DNA of 56,350 bases from Microcoleaceae cyanobacterium (GTDB lineage: Bacteria > Cyanobacteriota > Cyanobacteriia > Cyanobacteriales > Microcoleaceae). The stretch covers positions 1-56,350 of the forward strand of contig JBOFUV010000152.1 in the NCBI GenBank assembly GCA_051652765.1, in the 5' to 3' direction. This document shows positions 9,347 to 19,108 of this stretch, one piece after another. Each line of letters begins with the position of its first letter. The stretch's first letter is position 1. The notes beneath the pieces are model-generated. The model saw only the letters and a list, made by a program, of their open reading frames with translations, did not search any database and was not told the DNA's origin. Both the position numbers and the translations under genes were made by a program.

Positions 9347-10969
9347 TCACAACGAGCGGTTCAACCAGCTTTTGTCCAGGTAGCTAATCCGGGCGAAGGG
9401 GCTCAATGCTGCGAGAACTTGCTGGCCATAGCTACGGTGGAGCACCCGAGTATCGAATAGAGCAACAATCCCTTGAGTGTCTCGGATAGGGGCCACTGCC
9501 CGTTGTAGTTGATTCAGGGCGGTAGGCAGCAGATACAGTCGAAACCAATCTTGACGTTGCTGCTTGTGATAGGCGACTTGTCCGGCAACAAGCGGGTGCT
9601 CCAAAGACGGTAGGGGCAAGGTCGCGATCGCCAAAACACGGGGTTCGGGCAATTTTCCCTGGGCAGACTGCCAAAATTCCCACCCGGTCACCAGAACTCC
9701 TCGGGGTTGCATTTCCGTCGTCTCCACCTGAACTCTAGAGCCAAATTCCCCAGCCAGCAACGCTCCAATTTGAGCTTTCAACGGTACATCCTCAATTAGC
9801 AACACGGTTAACCCCTCAGCCTCATAGCTCATCCAGAGTAACGCCCGCATTTCTTTCACCAGTGCAGCCTGAAACTTAGGAGTATTGGGCAAGGGAAGTC
9901 CAGACGGTAGGTAGAGTTGGATCAACCGACTCTGGCGATCCGGGGAGAATTTAACACAAGTAACATCATCCAAACCAATCGTCTGCCGGTAAATTGGAGC
10001 GGTTTTGTCCAAATCCAAAGCTTCCCCGATCAAAACAACCGGTTGTTGTGGCCAAATCTGACTGAGGGCCGAAGTCATTTCTAATGGACTACAACAGAGA
10101 GAAAATGAGCCCTGGGAACGATCCAATCCGACCCACTTGAGTTGATTCGGAGTTTGCCATCGTTGCCAGAATTGGTGCCAAATCGAGAGAGGATGGGGAT
10201 CTTCCCTGGCCCTCCGTGAATGTGAACTGTGGAGATTAAATTGAGGGGGTTCCTTGGGCCTGTGACCATTGCAGCTTGCGCCAATCAAGTCTTCATATAG
10301 CTGTTGCAAGATTTCTTGCTCGGGAGTGTCAAGTAGATGACAGTTGTAGGGATTGGGAGGATGCTGAAAAATGACCTTGGCTAACTGAACCTGGGCTGTA
10401 CGAATCGTTTCTGCCTGGGTGGGTTGAGCTTGAATCAGATAATGCCAGTCTTGGGGCTGCAGATAGGTTGTCAATTGATTCTGTACCCAGGGGGCCAAAT
10501 CGTCAGCGCTGTCCACCAGGGTAGGAATATGGGCAGGGAATCCGGCATTGCCCTTTAACCGATCAGACAACCAGGCTTCTGGGCTAGTCAGCATCAATCC
10601 TTGAAAATCAGGATCGGGCCAGCGATCGCCCCGGTAGATCGGTTTACAGCTTGAAAAACAGGGGGAACTGTTGTGATCGCCGCGACAGAGTCGGGGAATT
10701 TCTTCGTGCAGGAGGATTTGTAGGATATCTTCAGGGGCAACTAGAATCACAGCACCGGGCCAAGTCAAAATCGGGATCAGATAGCTGAGGCGATAGGAAT
10801 AGTTCACACTTCTGGGAGAAACTCCGGTTTGGATCAAGGCACTGCGCCCCAACCGTAGGGCCCGCGCCACTAACCGAGCCATGGTCAAATAATGGGGCCA
10901 TTGGGCTTGACTCTGAGACTTCAAAACCGTTTGCAAAAGCTGATGAACCTCTACCTCAATCAAGTGCAA
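9347..10969 (-). CDS. DinG/YoaA-like helicase-fold protein with degenerate motifs
   Basis: C-terminal LAIATLPLPSLEHP..WFRLYLLP..GIVALFDTRVLHRSYG matches the DinG helicase C-terminal region. No intact GKS or DEAH. Confidence 0.75.
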   Translation of the reverse strand: MHLIEVEVHQLLQTVLKSQSQAQWPHYLTMARLVARALRLGRSALIQTGVSPRSVNYSYRLSYLIPILTWPGAVILVAPEDILQILLHEEIPRLCRGDHNSSPCFSSCKPIYRGDRWPDPDFQGLMLTSPEAWLSDRLKGNAGFPAHIPTLVDSADDLAPWVQNQLTTYLQPQDWHYLIQAQPTQAETIRTAQVQLAKVIFQHPPNPYNCHLLDTPEQEILQQLYEDLIGASCNGHRPKEPPQFNLHSSHSRRAREDPHPLSIWHQFWQRWQTPNQLKWVGLDRSQGSFSLCCSPLEMTSALSQIWPQQPVVLIGEALDLDKTAPIYRQTIGLDDVTCVKFSPDRQSRLIQLYLPSGLPLPNTPKFQAALVKEMRALLWMSYEAEGLTVLLIEDVPLKAQIGALLAGEFGSRVQVETTEMQPRGVLVTGWEFWQSAQGKLPEPRVLAIATLPLPSLEHPLVAGQVAYHKQQRQDWFRLYLLPTALNQLQRAVAPIRDTQGIVALFDTRVLHRSYGQQVLAALSPFARISYLDKSWLNRSL

Positions 10970-10977
10970 TCCCCTCC

Positions 10978-12603
10978 TTAACTCAGTTGGTCAAAGCCAT
11001 TGATGAAATCCATCAATTGCTGAGGGGTTGGAAGCTCGTCCCGATTCATCCGGTAGTCAGTCTGGGGAGTGTCAATCTGGCTGATGGCTGAGTCTTCGGC
11101 TCTGATTGTCGGATCAATCAGGTCAGTAACCATCTGTTTGTTATTGGGCAAGGTAGAAGTCGAGTCCGGTTCAATCTCTGACAGGGGATGAAATGTGAGG
11201 CTATTCTGACTAGAGTTTTTGAGAATCATTTGAACTTGGTGCTGGAGAAAGGATGACTTGGATTCCAGTCTGAGTGCCCGAATTTCTGCTTTGAGTTGAT
11301 TCAGCACCTGAACCACTTCGGTCATCGCGGTCAGGATGCTCATCTGTTTTGAATTATCCTGATTCAACTGGCCTTGAATCTGACGGATGAGATAGATAAC
11401 ATTTCTTTGAGTTTGTTTAGCATCTTCAAAGGGAAAAATAGCTAAACAGGCGATGGGTAGCATCAAACTTTCGTCCTGAACCTGAAAGGTGAGGCGAGTT
11501 CGCTGAAAGTTAATCGCAATGCTAGGAGGATTGGCTAATCCGGGATAGGCTTGGGCAATTTTGTGAAACGAGGTTGCCAGTATCCAATTGGCTTCAATAT
11601 CCAAAGGAGCCTCAACCATAATTTGAACCGTGGGTAGGGACTGGCTGAAAAACTTTTTGAGGGTTTCTGAAGTGAAGTGGTGAATGGCCGTGCGATCGCC
11701 GTCTGGACTTAAGTCAATCCACTCACAGGTAATATCTTCTGCCTTGAGGTTAAATCGAGGCACGCCATATAGCTTAGCGCCCGTCAAAGTCGCACCAGAA
11801 ATATCGGCTTCCATCCATGCGGCATGGATTAAATTAGCCTGAGTTAAGTCTGTATGAACCAAGCTTGCCTTTTCTAGATTAGCGTGACTCAAATTGGTTC
11901 CTGAAAGGTTGGCCCCACTCAAGTTGGCCTTCGATAGATTTGCACCGGATAAATTGGCTCCCCTGAGATCTGCCCATCTCAGGTTAACATGGCTCAAATT
12001 TGCCCCCTTCAAATTAGCGTAGGTGAGGTTAGCCTGTCGCAGTTCTCCAGAACTCAAATCAGCCTTGGGTAAATCAGCCTTGACCAAATTTGCCCGCCGT
12101 AGGTCGGCTCCCTGAAAATTGACCATCTGCCCCCAAATGGCTCGCAGGTTGGCTCCGCTCAGATTTGCCCCCTTGAAACTGGCCCGGTCTACTTGAGCTT
12201 CTCTGAGATCAGCGCCATTTAAATTGGCTTGGGCAAAGTTTGCCCGACTTAGATTTGCCCGAATTAGCTCTGAACGAATGACTAGAGCAGCCACTAGGCT
12301 CGCCCCCGTCAAATCAGCCCTAACTAAGTTTGCAACATTGAGGGTGGCGGCATCCAGAATTGCGGCGCTCAAGTTTGCACTGCTCAAGCGAGCTACATTA
12401 AGATTCGCCCGACTCAAATTCGCCCGACTCAGGTTGGCTGAACTTAAATTCGTGACGCTGAACGATGTATCGCTTAGATTTGCCTGACTCAGGTTAACAC
12501 GGCTAAGATTCGCCTCACTCAGATCTAGTCCAACAAAATTCCTTTCGCCCTCTTTGTACTGTTTGATTAGGTCGTACACCTTTAATAGGTCTTGTTCTGA
12601 CAT
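10978..12603 (-). CDS. Pentapeptide-repeat protein with a C-terminal non-repeat domain
   Basis: About 260 aa of A(N/D)Lxx repeats, followed by a globular region. Confidence 0.92.
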   Translation of the reverse strand: MSEQDLLKVYDLIKQYKEGERNFVGLDLSEANLSRVNLSQANLSDTSFSVTNLSSANLSRANLSRANLNVARLSSANLSAAILDAATLNVANLVRADLTGASLVAALVIRSELIRANLSRANFAQANLNGADLREAQVDRASFKGANLSGANLRAIWGQMVNFQGADLRRANLVKADLPKADLSSGELRQANLTYANLKGANLSHVNLRWADLRGANLSGANLSKANLSGANLSGTNLSHANLEKASLVHTDLTQANLIHAAWMEADISGATLTGAKLYGVPRFNLKAEDITCEWIDLSPDGDRTAIHHFTSETLKKFFSQSLPTVQIMVEAPLDIEANWILATSFHKIAQAYPGLANPPSIAINFQRTRLTFQVQDESLMLPIACLAIFPFEDAKQTQRNVIYLIRQIQGQLNQDNSKQMSILTAMTEVVQVLNQLKAEIRALRLESKSSFLQHQVQMILKNSSQNSLTFHPLSEIEPDSTSTLPNNKQMVTDLIDPTIRAEDSAISQIDTPQTDYRMNRDELPTPQQLMDFINGFDQLS

Positions 12604-12932
12604 AGGAGCTACCTAAAGCTAGCATTTTACGATTGGCTGGATTGCAAGCTCTATGAATCAAACGCCGCAATGTTGGCCTGACCTCCTCCCTATCCTAAAC
12701 GATACTACAGCTCTTCGAGGATCGCGTCTAACTGGGTCAGGGACAATAAGCAATTCACTCAGAAGCGCCAGAACTCCTGATCTTGAAGGTTGGCTGCACA
12801 AAAATAGTCGAAATCATTGAAGCGGCCTAGACGGTAAAACGGTTGGTTCACGGATAACCCCTCCCATCAACCCCAAGAGGCTATTCCTGTCATCAGTGAA
12901 AATGATGAGAAAAAATCATGAAAAATCAACAC

Positions 12933-12964
12933 AAAAGAGGAGGAGCAATGAATGCCCCTCCTCT
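12933..12964 (-). terminator. Intrinsic terminator of psaC
   Basis: Minus strand reads AGAGGAGGGGCATTCATTGCTCCTCCTCTTTT, a hairpin plus U-tract. Confidence 0.7.
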
Positions 12965-13056
12965 AAAGATGTCAAAGTGCTGTGTTACCAAAATTTGTAC
13001 CCGCTAAACTCCGAGGACAAGTCCCGGTTTAGCAATCGGTGAGCCAGGAAACTAGC

Positions 13057-13395
<339 letters not shown>

Positions 13396-13673
13396 CTAAT
13401 TTGCTTCAACGCTTAAGGGTGATGATACATAAGGCGATAAAACTTCACGATATGTAACATTTCGGGAGGCTATTTCTGGTTATTCGTTTTGGTCTGAAAG
13501 GCTGACTATCCAGGCAAAAAGCGACTGTAGCAGTCAGTACAGCCAATTGGGGTGCTACAGCAATATTGCAATTATTCCTGTTTCACAACCCAAGGCGAGG
13601 CAGGATAGCGGTAAGTTGAAAGGCGTATGTAGGAGATCTACACAGGCTTAATCATGATGTATCTTGCTCAGAA

Positions 13674-14573
13674 ATGAAATCCAATCACCCTTTAACTCCT
13701 TACCTGTTTCTACTCCCTGCCCTTTTAACCCTGGGGTTAACTGTATTTTGGCCAGCATTGCAAGCTTTTTATTTTAGTTTTTTCAGCTATGATTTGCTCC
13801 AGCCTCCTCAATGGGTTGGCCTGAATAATTTTCAAGAATTATGGATAGACGAAACCTTTTGGAAAACCCTAAACAATACGTTGGTTTATCTGGTGGTTGT
13901 CGTGCCAATTCTGGTTTTTTTACCCTTAATTTTGGCGATTTTAGTCAATCAAAAATTCCGGGGAATTTATTGGTTTAGAACAGCCTACTATGTACCTGTG
14001 GTGATTTCTATGGTAGTGGCGGGGATTGCTTGGAAATGGCTGTATTCAGAGACAGGATTATTCAATCAAGGATTAAAGTTTTTTCTGTCCGGTATTTTTT
14101 CAGAGGACTCCCTAACGATTCCTTGGTTAACTAGTCCTAACCTAGCCTTGTTCAGTGTGATGGCGGTGACAATTTGGAAAGGGCTAGGGTACTACATGGT
14201 AATTTACCTAGCGGGATTACAAACAATTCCTCCAGAACTGTATGAAGCGGCGAGTTTAGATGGGTCAGATCATTGGCAAAAACATTGGGATATTACGTTG
14301 CCATTGATGAAACCTTATCTGATTTTAGTGGCTGTAATCTCGGCAATTTCAGCGACGAAAGTCTTTGAGGAAATTTACATTATGACTCAAGGTGGCCCCC
14401 TGAATAGTTCTAAGACGATTGTGTACTATCTTTATGAAAAAGCCTTTCAGAATCTAGAGATTGGTTATGCTTGCACCATTGGTTTGATTTTATTTTTGAT
14501 CATTTTAGGATTATCAATTATTAGATTAGTCATAGCTCGTTTTACACAGGATGAAAATTCGGTTTTGCGTTAG
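13674..14573 (+). CDS. Carbohydrate ABC transporter permease (LacF/MalF type)
   Basis: Six TM segments and the EAA loop YEAASLDGS. Confidence 0.9.
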   Translation: MKSNHPLTPYLFLLPALLTLGLTVFWPALQAFYFSFFSYDLLQPPQWVGLNNFQELWIDETFWKTLNNTLVYLVVVVPILVFLPLILAILVNQKFRGIYWFRTAYYVPVVISMVVAGIAWKWLYSETGLFNQGLKFFLSGIFSEDSLTIPWLTSPNLALFSVMAVTIWKGLGYYMVIYLAGLQTIPPELYEAASLDGSDHWQKHWDITLPLMKPYLILVAVISAISATKVFEEIYIMTQGGPLNSSKTIVYYLYEKAFQNLEIGYACTIGLILFLIILGLSIIRLVIARFTQDENSVLR

Positions 14574-14663
14574 GGAATGATAAAGAATTGTAATTGTTTT
14601 CTTTGTCCTTTGGAAAGGGAATCACAATATACTAACAATATTGGCTAATTAAACCTTAAGGCA

Positions 14664-16430
14664 GTGACTATGATTGTCAATCAAAGGGAACAAGCGGTCG
14701 CTTTATCAGATTCCAAGCCCCGTGACGTTCAAGTTTTCTTGGTTGGTCAAGACACTAAGGTCGTGCGATCGCGGACTTGGACTCGACTCAAGTTTGAGGT
14801 GGAATATTCCCTCCAGCGGGGCACAACGGCCAACAGCTATGTTGTGCAAGGAGACAAAACGGCCCTGATCGATCCCCCTGGGGAATCCTTTACCGACAAC
14901 TACCTTCAGGCGCTAGAAGAGCGTTTGGATTGGCATCAGGTCAGTTACGTTATCCTGGGACACTTCAACACCAATCGGGGAGCAACCCTCAAAGCAATTT
15001 TGGCTAAAGCGCCTCAAGCTGAATTGGTCTGTTCGCATCCTGCTGCTCTCGGTTTGCGAGAGTACTTTCCCGATGAGCCGTTGAAGATTCTCACGGTCAG
15101 AGGAGAGGAAACACTAGATTTGGGCAACGGCCATGAATTGCGGTTCATTGCCACCCCCACGCCTCGATGGCCCGATGAGCTACTGACCTATGATGCCCTA
15201 ACTCAGATCCTCTTCAGTGACAAATTCTTTGGGGCTCATGTTTGTGGTGATCAGGTGTTTGATGAAGGATGGCAGGTTTACAGTGAGGATCGACGGTTTT
15301 ATTACGACTGCCTTCATGCCGCCCAAGCTCGACAAGCGCTAGCTACCTTGGAAAAAATTGCGAATCTCCCCCAGGTTCAGTTTTATGCCCCAGGTCACGG
15401 CCCTTTAGTGCGTTACGGCATGACTGAACTCACAAATCTCTATCGCGAATGGAGTGAAAAGCAGAAGTCCCAGGAACTCACCGTTGCCTTGCTCTACGCT
15501 TCAGCCTATGGAAATACGGCAACCTTAGCGCTAGCGATCGCCAGAGGATTAACGAAATCTGGACTTGCCGTCGAGTCCCTCAACTGCGAACATGCAAGTT
15601 CTACAGAGATTCAAGCGGCGATTGAAAAATGTGACGGGTTTATTATCGGTTCTCCAACTTTAGGAGGTCATGCCCCGACTCAGATTCAGGCCGCCCTGGG
15701 GATTATTTTGAGTACGGCTTCGACTCAAAAACTGGCTGGGGTGTTTGGTTCCTTTGGCTGGAGCGGGGAAGCCATTGATTTGCTGGAAGGGAAATTAAAA
15801 GATGCTGGATTTAAGTTTGGCTTCGAACCGATTCGGGTGAAATTCAAACCAACCGATGTCACGATTCAAACCTGCACAGAGGCTGCCATTGACTTTGCTC
15901 AAACCTTGAAACGCAGTCAGAAACGACGGGCCATTCGTTCTACCTCAGCCACGTCTTCCGGAGCCGATCGCACTGCTCAAGCCTTGGGACGGTTGGTGGG
16001 TTCTCTCTGTGTGGTGTCCTGTCGGCGGGGCGAGGTGCAGAGCGCAATGTTGGCCTCTTGGGTTTCCCAGGCAACCTTTAACCCCCCCGGATTCACGGTC
16101 TCTGTGGCTCGGGATCGGGCCTTGGAATCCTTGACCCACCGGGGCGATCGCTTCGTTCTAAATATTCTTCAAGAGGGCAAGCAACTACAAAAACACTTCA
16201 TGAAGCAGTTTGAGCCTGGAGAAGATCGGTTTGCGGGCTTAGAAGTTGAAGAGGCTGGGAATGGCTGTTTAGTCCTAAAAGATGCATTGGCGTATTTGGA
16301 ATGTGAGATTCAGCAACGGATGGAGTGTGGCGATCATTGGGTGATTTATGCAGTTGTAACCAATGGCCAAGTGTTAAGTCCTGACGGCGTTACGGCAGTC
16401 CACTACCGCAAAACTGGAACTTACTACTAA
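14664..16430 (+). CDS. flv1: Class C flavodiiron protein, Flv1/Flv2-type (beta-lactamase-like + flavodoxin + flavin reductase)
   Basis: RLKFEVEYSLQRGTTANSY, non-canonical GHFNTNR in place of HTEPDH, SAYGNT flavodoxin motif, C-terminal ECGDH. Assignment to flv1 rather than flv2 is inference. Confidence 0.8.
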   Translation: MTMIVNQREQAVALSDSKPRDVQVFLVGQDTKVVRSRTWTRLKFEVEYSLQRGTTANSYVVQGDKTALIDPPGESFTDNYLQALEERLDWHQVSYVILGHFNTNRGATLKAILAKAPQAELVCSHPAALGLREYFPDEPLKILTVRGEETLDLGNGHELRFIATPTPRWPDELLTYDALTQILFSDKFFGAHVCGDQVFDEGWQVYSEDRRFYYDCLHAAQARQALATLEKIANLPQVQFYAPGHGPLVRYGMTELTNLYREWSEKQKSQELTVALLYASAYGNTATLALAIARGLTKSGLAVESLNCEHASSTEIQAAIEKCDGFIIGSPTLGGHAPTQIQAALGIILSTASTQKLAGVFGSFGWSGEAIDLLEGKLKDAGFKFGFEPIRVKFKPTDVTIQTCTEAAIDFAQTLKRSQKRRAIRSTSATSSGADRTAQALGRLVGSLCVVSCRRGEVQSAMLASWVSQATFNPPGFTVSVARDRALESLTHRGDRFVLNILQEGKQLQKHFMKQFEPGEDRFAGLEVEEAGNGCLVLKDALAYLECEIQQRMECGDHWVIYAVVTNGQVLSPDGVTAVHYRKTGTYY

Positions 16431-16546
16431 ACGACCCCAGATGTGCGCCCTATCCATGTTGTTGAAAGCTGAGTAATGCTCCGCTTTCAATAATACTAAG
16501 ATTACAGTTGAGTAAAATACAGTTGAGCAACCGGACTTGACCTTAC

Positions 16547-18592
16547 TTAGCTGAACCCGTAATTATTTTCTGCCCGCTTGGCAGCGTGGAATGTGGGCTC
16601 TATCACGCGACCGAGGGGAATGTTCTGTAGCTCTTGAAATTTGGTATGCCGTAACCGTTCCAATTCCTGAATCCATTCATCCTCCAGGTAGAATTCATCA
16701 TGGTACTTGCGAGCCAGTTGAGGCGCTTGGGCACAATCTGTTTCTTTCCACAACTTTAGGGCGAGATGACGACGCTTAGAACAAATCACCAACTCCATCG
16801 TTGCGATCGCCGAACGCACCTCCAAAGGAGCCCGAAGAATATTGAGTGTTGCTTTGTCATCCAAATAGAACAAGGGCTGTAGAGTAGCTGTATCCAAGTT
16901 GGATTCCAGTAAAACATCCTGAAGTTTAGAGACTAAATTTAATGTGTGCTTAGGAGCATCCTGCTGATCTTCAAGTTCTACAATTTTGCGCCACAGGAGG
17001 CGATGGTAAGACAGGCTAAACTGCAAATCTCGGGCATCTAAGGCATCTACAATCAGTTGCCGATGTTCTGGGCAGTGCAGGTAAATCTGTAAAATCAACG
17101 TTTCAGACGCTTCTAGCAAGCGACGTTCTGCGGCAACAGGCAGTTCAATTTCTAGACTGGAGTCTGACTCAGAATTGACCAGAGCGGCTGAATTTGCAGG
17201 GAGGCTTGGGGAAGAATTCGAGTTGTGGATTGCCTTACTAATCAGTTTGTTGACTTGATTCCGCAGGGTTCTGGCCATGGGCGCAATCAGGGAAGATTCT
17301 CCCTGGCTGAGGATTTCCGCGCAGCGTTGAATGTACTGAGTCCGTTGAATCCCGTCCCGTAGCTTACTCAGCAACTCTCCCATGGCATGAGCCACTTTTT
17401 GGCCCTCAACAACCTTGGTTAAATCTCGTCCTTTCACCGTTTGATCAATCTGCCAATCCAGCCAGAGAACCGCATTCTTGGTCAGAGTTTGATAGTCGGC
17501 GATTGAATGGGCTCGGAGAAAGTCATCGGCATCTTTGCCCTCAGGTAAGTTCAAGACCCGCAGTTGAACCACACCACTATAGGCCAGAACTTCAAGTTCT
17601 CCAATCGCCCGCTGAGCCGCTTGGGTTCCCGCCGCATCTGCATCAAAATTCAAGATAATCAGTTTAGATTCTGTATATCGCAGTAATTGTCGAACTTGAT
17701 CCAAGCTCAAGGCCGTTCCTAGAGATGCGACAACATTTTCGGCTCCAGCAGCATGGAGGGCGATCGCATCAAAATATCCCTCAACAACAATGGCTTGATC
17801 CAGTCTCGCAATCGCAGTTTTAGCTTTGTCTAGGGCAAATAAGGTTTTTCCCTTGTCAAACAGCTCCGTCTCAGGGGAGTTTAAATACTTGGGCTGTTCG
17901 TCCCCTAGGGTTCTACCACCAAATCCAATCACCCGCCCTTGCAAGTCCTGGATCGGAATCATCAGGCGATCGCGAAATCGATCATAGTACCCCCCGCCTG
18001 TTTTTCGGGGCAAAATCAACCCCGCTTGCTCTACCAAGTCTAGGGGGAAATGTTTCTGCTCTACCAAATAATCGTAGAGGGCTTCCCAGCCTTTGGGTGC
18101 GTAGCCAAGTTGAAAGGTTTGAATGGTTTCGGTTGAGAGTTGGCGTTCTGATTTTAAGTACGCTAGGGCAACTTCTCCCGTAGGTTGATTTAGAGCGTGT
18201 TGATAAAAACTAGTGGCGATCGCTAAAATTTCATAGAGTTGTTCTCGTAGGGAGAGCTGCCGCTGAAATTCCTGGCGGGCCTCAGGGGCTTCGGTTTTGA
18301 CAGGTACTTGATAGCGACGGGCTAGATTCAAGACCACATCACTAAAGGAGGACTTGTCCAACTCCATCATGAATTTAATCGCATTGCCCCCAGCGCCACA
18401 GCCGAAGCAGTAGTACATTTGTTTGCTGGGGCTCACCGTGAAACTAGGACTTTTTTCCTCATGGAATGGACAGAGTCCAACATAGTCCTTGCCTCGTTTT
18501 TTCAGGACAACTTTTTCTGCAACGATGTCGTAGATATCGGCTCTCTGCTTAACATCCTCAATTGTGTCGGGGTGGATGCGGGGTATGGACAT
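16547..18592 (-). CDS. dnaG: DNA primase
   Basis: CPFHEEKSPSF..CFGC zinc finger, FGGR, KYLNSPET, VEGYFD, FDADAAG, KDADD TOPRIM motifs. Confidence 0.98.
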   Translation of the reverse strand: MSIPRIHPDTIEDVKQRADIYDIVAEKVVLKKRGKDYVGLCPFHEEKSPSFTVSPSKQMYYCFGCGAGGNAIKFMMELDKSSFSDVVLNLARRYQVPVKTEAPEARQEFQRQLSLREQLYEILAIATSFYQHALNQPTGEVALAYLKSERQLSTETIQTFQLGYAPKGWEALYDYLVEQKHFPLDLVEQAGLILPRKTGGGYYDRFRDRLMIPIQDLQGRVIGFGGRTLGDEQPKYLNSPETELFDKGKTLFALDKAKTAIARLDQAIVVEGYFDAIALHAAGAENVVASLGTALSLDQVRQLLRYTESKLIILNFDADAAGTQAAQRAIGELEVLAYSGVVQLRVLNLPEGKDADDFLRAHSIADYQTLTKNAVLWLDWQIDQTVKGRDLTKVVEGQKVAHAMGELLSKLRDGIQRTQYIQRCAEILSQGESSLIAPMARTLRNQVNKLISKAIHNSNSSPSLPANSAALVNSESDSSLEIELPVAAERRLLEASETLILQIYLHCPEHRQLIVDALDARDLQFSLSYHRLLWRKIVELEDQQDAPKHTLNLVSKLQDVLLESNLDTATLQPLFYLDDKATLNILRAPLEVRSAIATMELVICSKRRHLALKLWKETDCAQAPQLARKYHDEFYLEDEWIQELERLRHTKFQELQNIPLGRVIEPTFHAAKRAENNYGFS

Positions 18593-18904
18593 GGAGGTGT
18601 GCTGTGACCTACGGAAGTTTATTGAAGTTTAGTTGAAATTTATAGCTTTGGATAGTTTTGGGCGGTATTGTTGCAGATTGTTTAAAGTTTTGCCCCGACT
18701 CAACTTTCCCAGAACATTGGCATAATTAAGTCAAGAAGCTGGGTTTTTCATGGGGGCATTTCACGAAATTTAGGCATCTTGCCAACCAGTTTTCAGCCGT
18801 TTCAACCGTAACGAACCTCAACTCATCCCCTCAATCGGCAACACCGATACTTGAGAAGTTGTGCTGCTTCCAGAGCCGGATTTAGGATGACGATCGATAT
18901 TCCC

Positions 18905-18962
18905 AAGCAATTAGTCATGAGTTATGGGATGTCTGTGGTGAATGCTTCAAATCAGATTGCGA
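18905..18962 (+). mobile_element. MITE-like repeat, family A, internally deleted copy
   Basis: AAGCAATTAGTCATGAGTTATGGGATGTCTGTGGTG...TCAAATCAGATTGCGA aligns with both ends of 5581-5675. Confidence 0.55.
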
Positions 18963-18969
18963 TATACCC

Positions 18970-19023
18970 TTGACATTAAAGCAACATTCAATCTATGATC
19001 ATTCAAGACTGTACAGTTCAGTC
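18970..19023 (+). promoter_or_regulatory. Sigma70-type promoter of devBCA with a downstream palindromic operator
   Basis: TTGACA (18970-75), N18, TATGAT (18994-99), then the inverted repeat GACTGTAC-A-GTTCAGTC (19007-19023). Confidence 0.65.
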
Positions 19024-19108
19024 CAGATCGTTAGGCTACTCAATTGGGTTATCAGATTGAGTTATTAAATTGGGTTATCAAATTGAAAGTGTTAGCTAAA
19101 CCCACATC

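Noticed and set aside
12604..12930. Possible ncRNA between the pentapeptide gene and psaC (CCTGACC...GGTCAGG pairing)
   Set aside because: Only one short stem and no recognisable family, promoter or terminator to support it.
13441..13460. HLR1/RpaB-like direct repeat upstream of psaC
   Set aside because: Only one good half-site (GTTACATA); the second is too degenerate to call.
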